This document shows positions 1 to 11,034 of a stretch of DNA of 64,000 nucleotides, piece by piece. Made by a program: the position numbers and the translations under genes. The notes under the pieces are model-generated. The model worked only from the letters and a program-made list of their open reading frames with translations. It searched no databases and was not told where the DNA came from. The DNA is from Macrostomum lignano (taxonomy: Eukaryota), in the NCBI GenBank assembly GCA_002269645.1, contig NIVC01001750.1, positions 62,001 through 126,000 of the forward strand. The letters run 5' to 3'. Numbering within the stretch: position 1 is the first letter of the stretch; every line of letters begins with the position of its first letter.

Positions 1-1459
1 TTTAAAAAATTACATTCGCAACGCAATTCGAAATTTGAATACTAGAGTGACATACTCGTATTTGCAGCCTGAAGCAATGCGTGATGCGCTTTTAAGTGCA
101 CCATTTTAAACTATGTTTTTAGCATAGACAAGCATTTCGCTACCCATTAACACGCACGCGGGATGCGTGCTATTGTCCATAGACAAAAACATTAGTTTAA
201 CGAGTTTTTTCGATAACCCAAATATTAATTATTAAATGATTAATTTTTAATTTATAATTATAAATTATAAACAACAACTACACTAGCATGAACATGAGGG
301 GAAAATGTCTAAAGCCATGGTTTCTCTCGAAGAATTAGTCTTTTTGATAGATACGCCTTACTCAAACACAATGTTAATCAAATTGTTGTTGCCGTCAATG
401 CTAACATGAATATTCTTGGTCGGACAGGCATCGATATGAACTGGCCGAGGAACCGGCTCGTCAATTGATTGTGGGGTGGCATTGCAAGTGGTGATCGTCA
501 TCACTTGCGAGCAGACAGTAGAACTGATAGAGCCGCTCGCATTAGCAGAGAAAGACGCCTCATTGGACGGCATTGTGCTTGTGCTTGGAATATGCCGGCT
601 TAGTGCACAGTTCACTGCCTTGGAACTACCGGCGCTCGCGTGTTATACCGATATCATGCATCCCGACTGCAGAAGAATATACCATTGACAGCACGTAGCT
701 AATCACTGACAACAATGAAGCAAACTAATAAGGTATATTTTTATTTACTGCAGTAGCCAATACGTCATATCAAGTAGAAATCGTGCACAAAATAGCAGAT
801 AAACAGTACGAATTCTGTTTTACGCGATGCTATTTTGATACCAGGAGTATTTTATCATTTACGTTTTAGCAGCGCTACTCCAAGTTTGACTGCTGTAAGC
901 ATTATGTAAGCATTATTGACCGCCATTAGGCTTAATCCTATGTACATATGACATGAAACTGTTACACTTCTCTCTGATAGAATCAAACCAACGGTTGCAA
1001 GAAGGAGCCGATTTTGGTTTACTGGAAACTGGTTCAGACCTGCTTGCAGCACAGTTTGTTAAAACATGACTGAATTGACAGAGAGTGATCTTACTGAGAG
1101 AAATGAGAAACACAAAAAATACTTTTTAATAGCTAGGATCATATATCTTACATCTTTTCAAATAGAAAGTCATTTCCAATGGTAACAAATGCATCATACG
1201 ACCGTAGAACACTTGTCGAACTCAGTGTCGCTGGGAATTTTCTGGGAGTTAAAAATATTATTCTATGTTTTCGCTAGTATATTGAGAACTGTAACTCTAT
1301 TTCTGATCACTAAGTTTGCTGCGATTTGAATTCCTCCCTAGCAGAAGTATAGCTCTTATCAGCAGCTGTCGAAAATGCACTGCTCACGCCCACTGGCCGT
1401 TCAGCTTAGAAACTGCGATTCTGGTCTGATCTGCCAATTCAAGTGGATTTAAATTTCGA

Positions 1460-1471
1460 CTATTTAAAAGC
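1460..1471 (+). promoter_or_regulatory. Putative TATA box CTATTTAAAAGC of peptide paralog 1
   Basis: Identical 12-mer at 3810..3821 upstream of paralog 2, in both cases ~100 nt before a conserved gaagtttg|gtaag donor. Confidence 0.5.
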
Positions 1472-1741
1472 CAAATTCTTACTGTAATTAGGAGCGCGTA
1501 AGTCACAATAGTGAAAAAAGACGTTACTTTTGAGGTTGCTGCAGTATCGAGTCGAACTGAAGTTTGGTAAGCGCATTTTTAATGAATCAGTTGTTTCGTG
1601 GTGTCCATGTCAACCACCGTATGAGAGTAAAAAGCGTATGAGTCGACAGTTACGAGTATAAACGCGCGCAAATCTTTCGGTCGCTAATAAAATTTATAAA
1701 CAGTCCGTGTCTCTAAAAATACAATCTTTCATTTCAGAACA

Positions 1742-2041
1742 ATGTCGCCTTCCAGTTTCAAACTGGTGTCAAGCCTGCTGTTTCTCGGCCTCCTGTGCGT
1801 GTCAGTGTCCAAAGTCACTGCGAAATGTTCCAGCAAAATCTACACAGCCGACGATTGCCCGGAGTTTTCTAACGAAGGCGCCGAATATCTGGCCTACATG
1901 TGCAAAATTTGGAGATACCGCTGCCTAAGGAGAGGGAAATATGTGCTCGATGCCAGTTGCTCCGACTGCGTCCAGAGCGCCTACACAGCCTGCGATCGGG
2001 GCCAGGCGCCGGACTCCAGCAGATTCGAATACTGCTGGTAA
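1742..2041 (+). CDS. Secreted cysteine-rich peptide, paralog 1 (99 aa, signal peptide + 8 Cys mature domain), single coding exon
   Basis: ATG-to-TAA ORF with hydrophobic N-terminus (LVSSLLFLGLLCVSVSKVTA). Clearly homologous to 4519..4824 (CSSK..DCP...GAE.LA..C..WRYRCL...CSDCVQ.AY.AC.RG.APDSSR.EYCW). Splice acceptor tttcag ends at 1737. Confidence 0.85.
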   Translation: MSPSSFKLVSSLLFLGLLCVSVSKVTAKCSSKIYTADDCPEFSNEGAEYLAYMCKIWRYRCLRRGKYVLDASCSDCVQSAYTACDRGQAPDSSRFEYCW

Positions 2042-3329
2042 ACGCGCACTTGTATTTGATGAGATCCGCGTTAAGCTTATGAAATTGTAAACTGTATTTG
2101 GACTGACGGTGTGGGTTAACAATATTAATATTTGCGTGAATTAAAACAATACCGAAGCAGTTGGTTTGAAGACAAGAAAATAGAAAATCTTTTGGAAAAA
2201 AAGAACTTTTTTGCTGAACACACATCTACGATTTATGTAGCTCGTACGTTCAATTATTTACACTAATTCATCACTTGGATATTTCCCGAAGAATGCTTAC
2301 AGATTTTTGTCATTCTTAATTATTATTACATTTTAATTAGCAAGTAATAGGACTCAATGGACTTATATTTATTTTATGTAGAAATATTCTCAGCAGAAGA
2401 CTCTTCCACTACGAGCTAAATAATTCTTCAGAGAATCATGGGAGCATACAAAAAAGAAAGATAAAAATGCAACCATAAAATGCGCTATCGCTGAGGTCCT
2501 AAACACTACAACTGAGTCACAGGACTTTTCTCAGGACAGCCAACAGGCAGTCGACGAAAAGCCGAGTGCGCGCCTGTCCTCGCCGCGGTAGGCTGCCTGC
2601 AGCTTCAGCAGCAGCACCTGCACCAGTATGACTGTCAGATGAAGACGCTTGGACGCACCAGTCTGGTGCAGTGAGAGTGCCGCGTTGGTGACTCGCTTGT
2701 CGCCGATCTTGAAGGCAACGCGCAGCAGTCCAGTGTGCGTCGCGTCATTCGGCTGATTGAGCGAATCTTTAAACATTCAAGTCTCTCTACTCGTATAGCA
2801 GCTTGGACACAAACCACCGCGTTCGCTCATGAAGCATTACTGTATTGTCATTCAAGACTCACTTTGACTGCACCAACGAATGTTTTCGGCCATGAATTTC
2901 GATTTGCTAGTGCATCCTCCCAACACCCATGGCGTAAAGCAAGATGAGTTAACGCCGTTGCTTGGTTCGGGTCGGTGGGTGATTTGACTCAGACTCGACT
3001 CTTAGCTTAAGCAACACCTGAGCATTCTGCACCGCCCTCGACGCACCACTCGAAGGTACGAGTGACGAAATGAGTTGACCAAAAAATCCTTCGTAGTTTG
3101 GTCTAAGGAGATTCAACGTCATTTTATCATGTTTAGTGATATCATGTGATATCATAATATCATATCATTTATCGTGTTTTGTGACCATGACCAGGTGACT
3201 TCAAATCATTAATAAATTTAAGCAAACGCGTTCTAATTTTATGAAAATGTACAGCGAAATAAAATACAGTTGATAGTTCATATGTTGCAACAAGGACTAC
3301 TTATGTCGTCCTTGTGTTGCAAGTTTCAG

Positions 3330-3378
3330 CCAAGGACTACTTAACAACTGTTGTTAACAGTTGTTAAGTAGTCCTTGG
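3330..3378. mobile_element. 49-bp fold-back mini-element (perfect 21-bp inverted arms) with 6-bp TTTCAG direct repeats
   Basis: ccaaggactacttaacaactg (3330-3350) and its exact reverse complement (3358-3378). tttcag at 3324-3329 and 3379-3384. Related hairpin immediately upstream (3285-3322). Confidence 0.55.
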
Positions 3379-3809
3379 TTTCAGCCTAATCCAACAAAAT
3401 TTTTACTTTTGGCAAGCAATAGTCCCGACACTTTTGCAGAATCCCTCATTAGCTGCTATCACTTCTCACACTTTTGACTGGTCCAGTCACAGTCATTTTG
3501 ACATCTCTGACATCACTGACTATCCATATACTAAAAATCAAATCTAATCATAGAGTAAAAAAACTAAGCTTCAAAACTAATCTACCGTGAGTCAAAGGCA
3601 ATTAATTCTTTTATTAAAAAAGAAACTAGAGATCGAACTTTGGAGTAATATTACATTCACTAAATAGATTATTTTCACTAAGGTTGACTCAATTATTTGG
3701 CACTCACACCTTCAGCAAGACGTAGCTCTTGTCAACAGCTGTCAGTTTTGGAACGGATGTCATTACTGATTGCTGTCATTGCTGTCATTACTGAATTGGC
3801 TCAAATTTG

Positions 3810-3821
3810 CTATTTAAAAGC
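3810..3821 (+). promoter_or_regulatory. Putative TATA box CTATTTAAAAGC of peptide paralog 2
   Basis: Same motif and similar spacing to the donor (3916) as in paralog 1. Confidence 0.5.
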
Positions 3822-3951
3822 GCAATAGCAGACTGCAAGTTTGAGTACGTGCGGTAGTGGCTTTAAGATTTAGAGTGCTCGCATCAGCGCATCAGTGCCA
3901 TCCATCCGAAGTTTGGTAAGTGCGTTGCATACATGAGCTGTGGGATGCTAC

Positions 3952-4430
3952 GTCAGGATAGACCACACCTGGATAGACCGCATCAGGATCGACCGCATCA
4001 GGATCGACCACATCAGGATAGACCACACCTGGATGGACCGCATCAGGATCGACCGCATCAGGATCGACCACATCAGGATAGACTGCATCAGAAAAAATCA
4101 CACCAGGGTAGACCGCTTCAAAATAGACACATCAGGATAGACCACATCAGGATAGAACACATCAGGATAGACCACATCAGGATAGACCACATCAGGATAG
4201 ACCACATCAGGATAGAACACATCAGGATAGACCACATCAGGATAGACCACATCAGGATAGAACACATCAGGATAGACAACATCAGAATAGAACACACCAT
4301 GCAGGATAGACCACATCAGAAAGGACCACATCAGGATAGACCACATCAGACTAAACCGCATCAGGATAGACCACATCAGACTAAACCGCATCAGGATAGA
4401 CCACATCAGGATAGACCACATCAGGATAGA
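3952..4430 (+). repeat. 15-bp minisatellite (accacatcaggatag)n inside the putative 5'-UTR intron of peptide paralog 2
   Basis: Direct reading; period 15. Confidence 0.95.
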
Positions 4431-4518
4431 AGCAGCAGACGCTTGAAAGACTATTGTCTGTGTTGTCTATGTATGTTCTGTTCCAAGTCTTTTTTGCAAA
4501 ATATTACCGTTACAGAAA

Positions 4519-4824
4519 ATGTTGGGGCTATCTAATTGCAAACTGCTGTCCAGCCTGCTAGTTCTAATTTGGTTAGTCTGCGCTTCTACCTACGTCGGCG
4601 CGAACTGCTCAAGCAAGTGCTTCTCGCGATCCGATTGTCCCGATCGGTCGGACGAAGGCGCCGAAAAGCTGGCCAAATCGTGCAGGACTTGGAGATACCG
4701 ATGCCTAATTAATGAGGGGGAGTACGTTTCGGATTCTGCGTGCTCGGATTGCGTCCAGTGCGCCTACGCAGCCTGCGGCCGGGGAACGGCTCCGGACTCG
4801 AGTAGATACGAGTACTGCTGGTAG
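4519..4824 (+). CDS. Secreted cysteine-rich peptide, paralog 2 (101 aa, signal peptide + 10 Cys)
   Basis: ORF with signal-peptide-like leader and framework C-x3-C-x5-C-x14-C-x6-C-x12-C-x2-C-x2-C-x4-C-x13-C-W. Acceptor ttacag ends at 4515. Confidence 0.87.
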   Translation: MLGLSNCKLLSSLLVLIWLVCASTYVGANCSSKCFSRSDCPDRSDEGAEKLAKSCRTWRYRCLINEGEYVSDSACSDCVQCAYAACGRGTAPDSSRYEYCW

Positions 4825-6340
4825 TCGGACGCATGGACGTTAAATATCATTATTGGAAGGCAGTTTCGATAAGATTGTACGCGCCTATGGTGTCAGTTAA
4901 TAACTTATTCATACTACATATATCGTGCAACATGCTGGCGTCCCCTGACGTCAGATTGCTGAACAGGATATTTGCTACAACACGACCATCAGAAAATAAA
5001 TCACTAAAATAGTTGGAGCAAGGATTTGAAAACAATTGATAACGGTTAGCGTTGCGATTATGTCATAAAGTACGAGCATCCGACTGTTTTTGTTGTAAAT
5101 AACTCAAGAAAGCTTGAAAAAAGTGTAGTTGGTGGCTTCCGATCTAGGCTACTGGTAGATTAATTAATTTTAAGTGAATTATTTGTAATTCTTGGCTTCA
5201 ACCGCCAGTTTTCCTGTTATCCTCCCTACTAATCCTAATATAATCGATAAAAAACGAAGACAGGAATCCCAAAAAAATTAATTTGTTCAAACAAAGACGT
5301 CACAATCAATAAAATAGTTAAAGTTTAATCGAGGCACCGTCGTGAAGTTGTACGCGAGGACTTTCGCTACCTCGGTAGTCCTCAGTTCCTTTGCATCGAG
5401 CGCTGACACCATTGGCTTCGACAGAAAGACTCTGAAGACTCTGAGTCATCTGAAGATACGCTTCTGAAGCGCTGCTACGAGTAGCTGGGCATAGCTGGGT
5501 AGCTGGGTAATTCCTGCTGGGCATACACTATCCGGAAAAGCTGTCGACCTGATATGGCGTCGCCATACAGATGCTGCTTGAACACTGTCTTGAACACGAT
5601 CGTGACGAAGAAAACGCCTGGAGCATGCAGGTCCACATGCATCAGCCTACAAAGCAGTTGCGCCACGGCCAAATCGGTACTGCAAATCAACAGTGAAACT
5701 TGATTTTATAACTTCATCACTACATCAATGAGCCCGTCAATCAAGTAAGAAAATTTCAGTAAAAATGTTTTCATGTTTTAGTTAGAGCAGCCTAATTTTT
5801 AGGTATTATCCCCTGTCCTCTTGGTGTCGCCAACAGAATTTCGCACTATTGCACACTGCTCTGCCAGGGTAGGCCAGAGTAAGTTGAAGCCAGGAATTTT
5901 TACTAAGCACGTATCAAATTAAAGCTGCCCCCATGTGCACATAAGGAGAGACACTTGAGTGATTTTTCGACTGCAGGGTGTAGCTCATGGCTCGTGCTCC
6001 AGTTTTAGCAACTGTCGAGAGCTCCCACTCTTTCTGGCTCGCGCTTTTTTGGCATTCCAGGTGCACTTGGGTTATTGAGTCGTTCTGAGAGTCTAGAATG
6101 GTTATATAGAAAATTTTGAGGGTTTAAACACCAAGTGAAAAAAGGATATAAAGTTCCCTGACAACTGGCGTTAAATTGACAGGCAGTTAGACAAATTTTG
6201 ATACAGTCAACGTACGGTTAAAACAATTCGAAACAACTCCCTGATTTGCATCAGTGTCGTAAACGGAATAGCAACTATCAAAACGTAAGTTAAAGTGAAG
6301 TCTATGGCTAGACCTACCACTATTGCAATTCATAGCTGAA

Positions 6341-6728
6341 GGCTCGAGGGATTTAATCACATACCGACCTCAAACACATAGAATATCTTATTTAAACTAC
6401 TTTAATTTAGCGGGATGTATTCAGATAAATCCCGGAGCCATACTTGTATGTCTATGGTTGAAGTTGAGGATGGGGGTGTGGGGGCGAAGCCCCTGCTGGG
6501 GGTGAGGGGACGAAGCCCCCACATTCTTACCATAGACAAAATTTCATTAAGAAATTTCTCGAGTCACGAAGGAAGAGAAGAGAGAAGCTCGTTTATTTAG
6601 ATACATACAATAATCCTTGCAATATGTCCGGGAAAGTGATCGATTAAATCCCGCAAAATAAAATCTATGTCAATAACCTCCCTGAAAGTGAGCTTTAAAG
6701 TGGTTTAAGAGATTAAATCCCGAGAGCC
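6341..6728. mobile_element. MITE with 18-bp TIRs and 3-bp flanking repeat (PIF/Harbinger-like)
   Basis: ggctcgagggatttaatc (6341-6358) vs gattaaatcccgagagcc (6711-6728), 16/18 inverted match. GAA on both flanks. Internal GGGGCGAAGCCCC hairpins similar to 24060-24140. Confidence 0.55.
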
Positions 6729-7259
6729 GAAGGCATAGAATAAACCCATAGAACATCTTATACTTATTATCTATGCATTGTAACGTATTTCCAAATCGAC
6801 AAGTGTCTATGGCCAAGACTATCGATTCAATTTACAAAGCCAGAGGGGCAGGCCATAGACATCTATGTCTTCTGGAAGTGAAAGCTTGAGTAGGTTTTTA
6901 CAAAACGGGGCTTACTTGAAGTCTATGCTCTTTCTTTGTCCAGTCGGTTTGGTTCCGAAGGGACAGCATTACGGTGCATCTGTTCTATTTTGACGCTTGG
7001 CCCATACATCTATTCGACGTGTAACAACGTCGCTGGCAAATATGTACCTTTACAATGCATTGAGCAAGTATCAAATGTCATGCGTCGAAGTTCATCCGAC
7101 GCATGACATCGTTATCCGTCGATGCAATAATGTAAAGGTACGTATTTGTCAAGGACGTTGTTAGACGTCGAATTTCTGTACGGATAAGTTGAAGTCTCCT
7201 AAGGCACGCTGCGTAGACTTGTATCTCAATTTTCAACAATCATATAATATTTCAACAGG

Positions 7260-7541
7260 ATGAAACCTACCGCCGGTCTTCTGGCTCCACTGCTAATCCT
7301 TCTCTGCTTGGCTATTGTCTGCTTCTCGTCGGCAAGCGGAAAAGTTGACTGCGACAGTGCAGAATACTCCTGCCCAAGCAGTTGCAAGTCTCTAGCCAGC
7401 ACGGCCAATATGTGCAAAAGGATAAGGAGACACTGCGGCAAATCGCCAGACTGGTGCGCTGACTGTCTGAAATGCGCCTTCTCAGCCTGTAAAGTCGGCT
7501 CTGATCCGCAGGACTACGACATCTTCACCTATTGCTACTAG
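7260..7541 (+). CDS. Secreted cysteine-rich peptide, paralog 3 (93 aa, signal peptide + 10 Cys)
   Basis: Leader MKPTAGLLAPLLILLCLAIVCFSSASG, framework C-x6-C-x3-C-x9-C-x6-C-x6-C-x2-C-x2-C-x4-C-x14-C-Y. Acceptor caacag ends at 7258. AATAAA downstream. Confidence 0.87.
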   Translation: MKPTAGLLAPLLILLCLAIVCFSSASGKVDCDSAEYSCPSSCKSLASTANMCKRIRRHCGKSPDWCADCLKCAFSACKVGSDPQDYDIFTYCY

Positions 7542-8080
7542 GAGAAGAAACTTTTAATTGAGATCAGGTGGTCAGTGGACGAGTTGAATAAACAGCTGTG
7601 GTGCTTGGGATCTCTTTTCTGATTGTTTAATTTCAAAAAGACAATTAAAACGACTTTATGCTTCGAATTATTATTCCCCGAAAAATAAAATATTTGTGAG
7701 CAAACACTGAACACGGCATGAATCAAAAAGCCAAAAAATAGATTGTTTTTTAAGTTTTTTAATTACGGTCAAATAGGCCAAGGCGACTATTGGTTTTACT
7801 CGTAGTGCGACGCATGTTTTAGTTCTTAGTACTTCTACACGTCTTGAGATGGCGGCACCCTGTGTGAATTGATGTTGATACTTTTAATTCATAAAGGATG
7901 ATACTAACTCTATCTTGATTCTGGCACAGTGGTGCACAAAATCAAAGGTGACACCTTTAGATTTCCGCAAGCATGAAAGTGTCGGTACGAGATCTTTGTC
8001 ACATTTCATTGCGGACGAATTCACAGCAATTTGTAAATTATCTACTGGCGTACGAAAAGGACTCAAATTTTAGGGGGGGG

Positions 8081-8148
8081 GGGCGTAGTCTAGCGGTCCC
8101 GGGGCGGCGCTCTGATGTGCCAGCGGTCCAGGCTCGATTCCAAGTACA
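8081..8148 (+). mobile_element. Degenerate tRNA-like sequence (possible SINE head or tRNA pseudogene)
   Basis: A-box-like gggcgtagtctagcggt and B-box-like ggctcgattcc at tRNA-like spacing; no clean cloverleaf. Confidence 0.3.
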
Positions 8149-8369
8149 AGTCACATTAATTTGGGGCCAAATTGTGGAATCTCGGCTTGGCTCTGCTTGT
8201 TCAATTAACGCTCTTGAAGGCTGACCCACAAGGCACAGGGAAGTGTATATGTAAGAATACATCAAACGAAATTTGTAGCTTGTACAGGAAACAGGCAACC
8301 TGACAGAGAAAACGTTCTTATCAGTACATAGTACATCACTTAAGGTCCAGTCATCAACAAACACTTGCT

Positions 8370-9150
8370 TTTAAAAATGGTATACATGGCACTGGCACTC
8401 GACTCGAGCACTGGCCGTGGACAGAAGTTGCCTATACATGTAAAAAAGAGACAGTACCTTTCCTGATACAATCCAATCTGGAAGATGCTCTCCATGCAGC
8501 CTTCCTCTTTCTGTATGCAATTGTTTGTTTTTACCTATTTCAAGGGCTGTATGTATAGCTCCTGCGTGCATGTGATCAAATCCAATGCTTTTTTAAACTG
8601 ATTAAATTTCCAGATGCGTTTGATATACAGTACGTATGGCAATATGTATCAAATGCAGTTTGCACCACAGATTATATTTACCTAGATGTGTCACTCCAAC
8701 ACTCGCTAGTGCATTTAGCGGCCGCTTGGCCGCAGCGAGAAAACCCAGGGGTTAGGGACACAGACAATAGCTGTATTGAATTTAATCCAAGATACGTTTG
8801 CCAACCAATGTGATTGAGCTTTTGTCTATGGTAGCAATGCATCGAGTAGCAGTTGGACCTGATGCTCTCGAGCAACTTGCATTGGCGATTGCCACCCTTT
8901 CGCAGGCAATCTCTGCCGGTAGAGTTTCAACGTGCTGATGGATGTTTTAAAACATATTTTCTTTTACATTCAGCAACCTTGCAATGTCCTTTGGGTGTTC
9001 ACCTCTGTCGAGTGCTTCGATCACAAGTGAATGGCATTGGTTTGACAGCCTATAGCATCTGGTCCACAATTCTGGGGCTGATCTTGCTCTTCCGCAACAG
9101 TTGCAAATGGGCCACAAAAAGCTATACCCGTTTGCACCACGTCATATTCG
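8370..9150 (-). mobile_element. Possible decayed transposase fragments
   Basis: Broken minus-strand frames include an HTH-like segment (SLVIEALDRGEHPKDIARLLNV) and Cys/His-rich pieces; many stops. Family not assignable. Confidence 0.25.
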
Positions 9151-10004
9151 TGATCAGATTTTTTTGTATAAATTTATTTATCTCAATTACTACCTTAGTT
9201 CTATATAAAAGTACTGACCCTCTATTGACGCCTGTTTGAGCAGAGATTGTGTGACATTTGTATGTCAAGTGAACTTTAGAAGTGCTGCTTGCTGCATGAT
9301 TGCCAGAAGTTTCGTATGACACCATGCAAAAAAGTATTGAATTTCGTTCACAGCTCAAATTTCGGATAGAAGTTTTTGTTAACCACTACAGTTGCAGCGG
9401 ACACGCGAAAGTATTGAATTTCAAAATGTCAAAGTTTTAAATTTCCAATTTAAATCCGTAGAAACTTTTTAAAACCTAACCATTTTGATCCATCCAAAAT
9501 CTTCAGATTTTGAATTAGCTGAGAGCTAAAAAATTGAGCAAAATTCAATCTACGATTTTCAAGAGGCTCGTTCGATCTACTTTTCAAAGTCAAACACTTT
9601 GAGCTAATTCTAGCTATTTCTCCAAAACTTGTGTTTTCGAGCGTAGTTGTGACGAAAGAATTTTTTTGTATAAAATCCTTCTACAAAGACCTCAAAAATA
9701 ATAATTGTGGGTTTATATTTGCAGTGTAACTTTAAAAAATAGATCGGAGCCAACAGCCAATCAAGGTAAGAAAACCTATTAATTTTTAATAAAAATATTC
9801 GGATACTCGACCTCTCTCACTGACCATGCATGGGCAACAGACGTAGAAGTATTCCTTCTTTTTCTGTTTTTATCAAGCACTACTATATAATAACTTGAGT
9901 TGGCAATTAATATTGCATTGGGATGACATGCCAATGCTTTGTCCCGCCACCCCATCTTGTGAGTCGTGGTAATCAATTTTCTTCAGAGCGCCAAAATATA
10001 GCGC

Positions 10005-10266
10005 TTTCGGCGCCAAAATGTGTGCCTGCGGCGCCAAAATGAGTGCCTGCGGCGCTAAAATGAGTGCCTGCGGCGCTAAAATGGGTGCCTGTGGCGCTAA
10101 AATGAGTGCCTGTGGCGCTAAAATGAGTGCCTGTGGCGCTAAAATGAGTGCCTGCGGCGCCAAAATGAGTGCCTGCGGCGCCAAAGCAGTGCCAAAATTT
10201 AGTCATGTACATGTTGAATTCTTGGCTTTGTCCCCCCCCACCATAAAATCCACGGCGACGCCCTTG
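10005..10266 (-). mobile_element. Non-autonomous element remnant: ~9 copies of the 21-bp unit (aaaatgagtgcctgcggcgct) plus terminal CAAGGGCGTCGCC
   Basis: Segment 10205-10266 matches 42833-42893. Terminus resembles the TIR of the MITE at 28133. Confidence 0.6.
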
Positions 10267-10761
10267 TGTACAGGGCATGATGCTTTTTTCGAAAAGATAA
10301 CGGAAATTACTGATAGTTAAATACAATACAGCGACGGTGTGGGGAAATTTCTTTTGTTCACATGTCCTTATGCGTAGTGTATTTTTCATAGATGTATTTC
10401 CCTAGCACGATTTGTACTGCATACTGTGTTTTCTAGTGGGGTACTTACTAAGATTCTCGTTGTCAATTCGTCAATTTTAGCTAGCTAAAAAAAGTTACGC
10501 AAACATCATAAATTCGTTCAGAGAAAGCACCTTGAGTAACCATCTCCATCTCAACTTCGGACAAAACTTCACAGGTAAATTATTTTCTTATTTTTCAGTG
10601 CTAAAAATCTGTACACTTTAAATATATTGACAAATGTATTTACATGTGGCAACTAAAAGTCTAAAACCCAACTGCATCAGGTGAAGTTCGCACAATTTTC
10701 AATTTTGTTTATATCCACAATATTTAACAGAAAATTTCCGCTGAATTTCCACAGTTCATTC

Positions 10762-11034
10762 ATGCCTGCTACGCTGCAACCGCTGCTCCTGATGAGCATC
10801 TTTCTGTTCACAATCGGCGCGTCACTCAATAATATAGACTGCAACAGCCCTAAAGTGACCTGCCCGAGATCGTGCAGCAGTTCACTGGACAGCCTGATCT
10901 CCGGCTGCAGGTTCAGCGCCTACGTTTGCAGAGAATCGCTGGACTGGTGCGCCAACTGTTTGAGCTGCGCGTTCAACGCTTGCGGCAGAGGAGCGCCGCA
11001 GGATTATGAAATATTTTCCTATTGCTACTACTAA
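10762..11034 (+). CDS. Secreted cysteine-rich peptide, paralog 4 (90 aa; likely true start MPATLQ at 10762, not 10681)
   Basis: ATG at 10762 follows acceptor ccacag (10754). Signal-like leader, framework C-x6-C-x3-C-x10-C-x6-C-x6-C-x2-C-x2-C-x4-C-x13-C-YY. Shares DWCA.CL.CAF.AC..G..PQDY.IF.YC with paralog 3. AATAAA near 11145. Confidence 0.87.
   Translation: MPATLQPLLLMSIFLFTIGASLNNIDCNSPKVTCPRSCSSSLDSLISGCRFSAYVCRESLDWCANCLSCAFNACGRGAPQDYEIFSYCYY

Noticed and set aside
358-615. 85-aa minus ORF ending in a loosely RHIM-like VSIDGNNNLINI
   Set aside because: GTG start, in-frame stop just upstream, and the nearby acceptor does not lead into this frame; the motif lacks the core (I/V)Q(I/V)G.
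2531-2947. GC-rich short ORFs (also 5318-5690 and 60266-60600)
   Set aside because: Possibly decayed retroelement or exon fragments, but no recognisable motif and no consistent splice structure.
3933-4535. 200-aa (QDRPH)n ORF
   Set aside because: 15-bp array within the putative leader intron of peptide paralog 2.
10681-10761. N-terminal extension of the 117-aa ORF
   Set aside because: GTG start inside the putative intron 10575-10754; the ATG at 10762 gives a signal peptide matching the paralogs.
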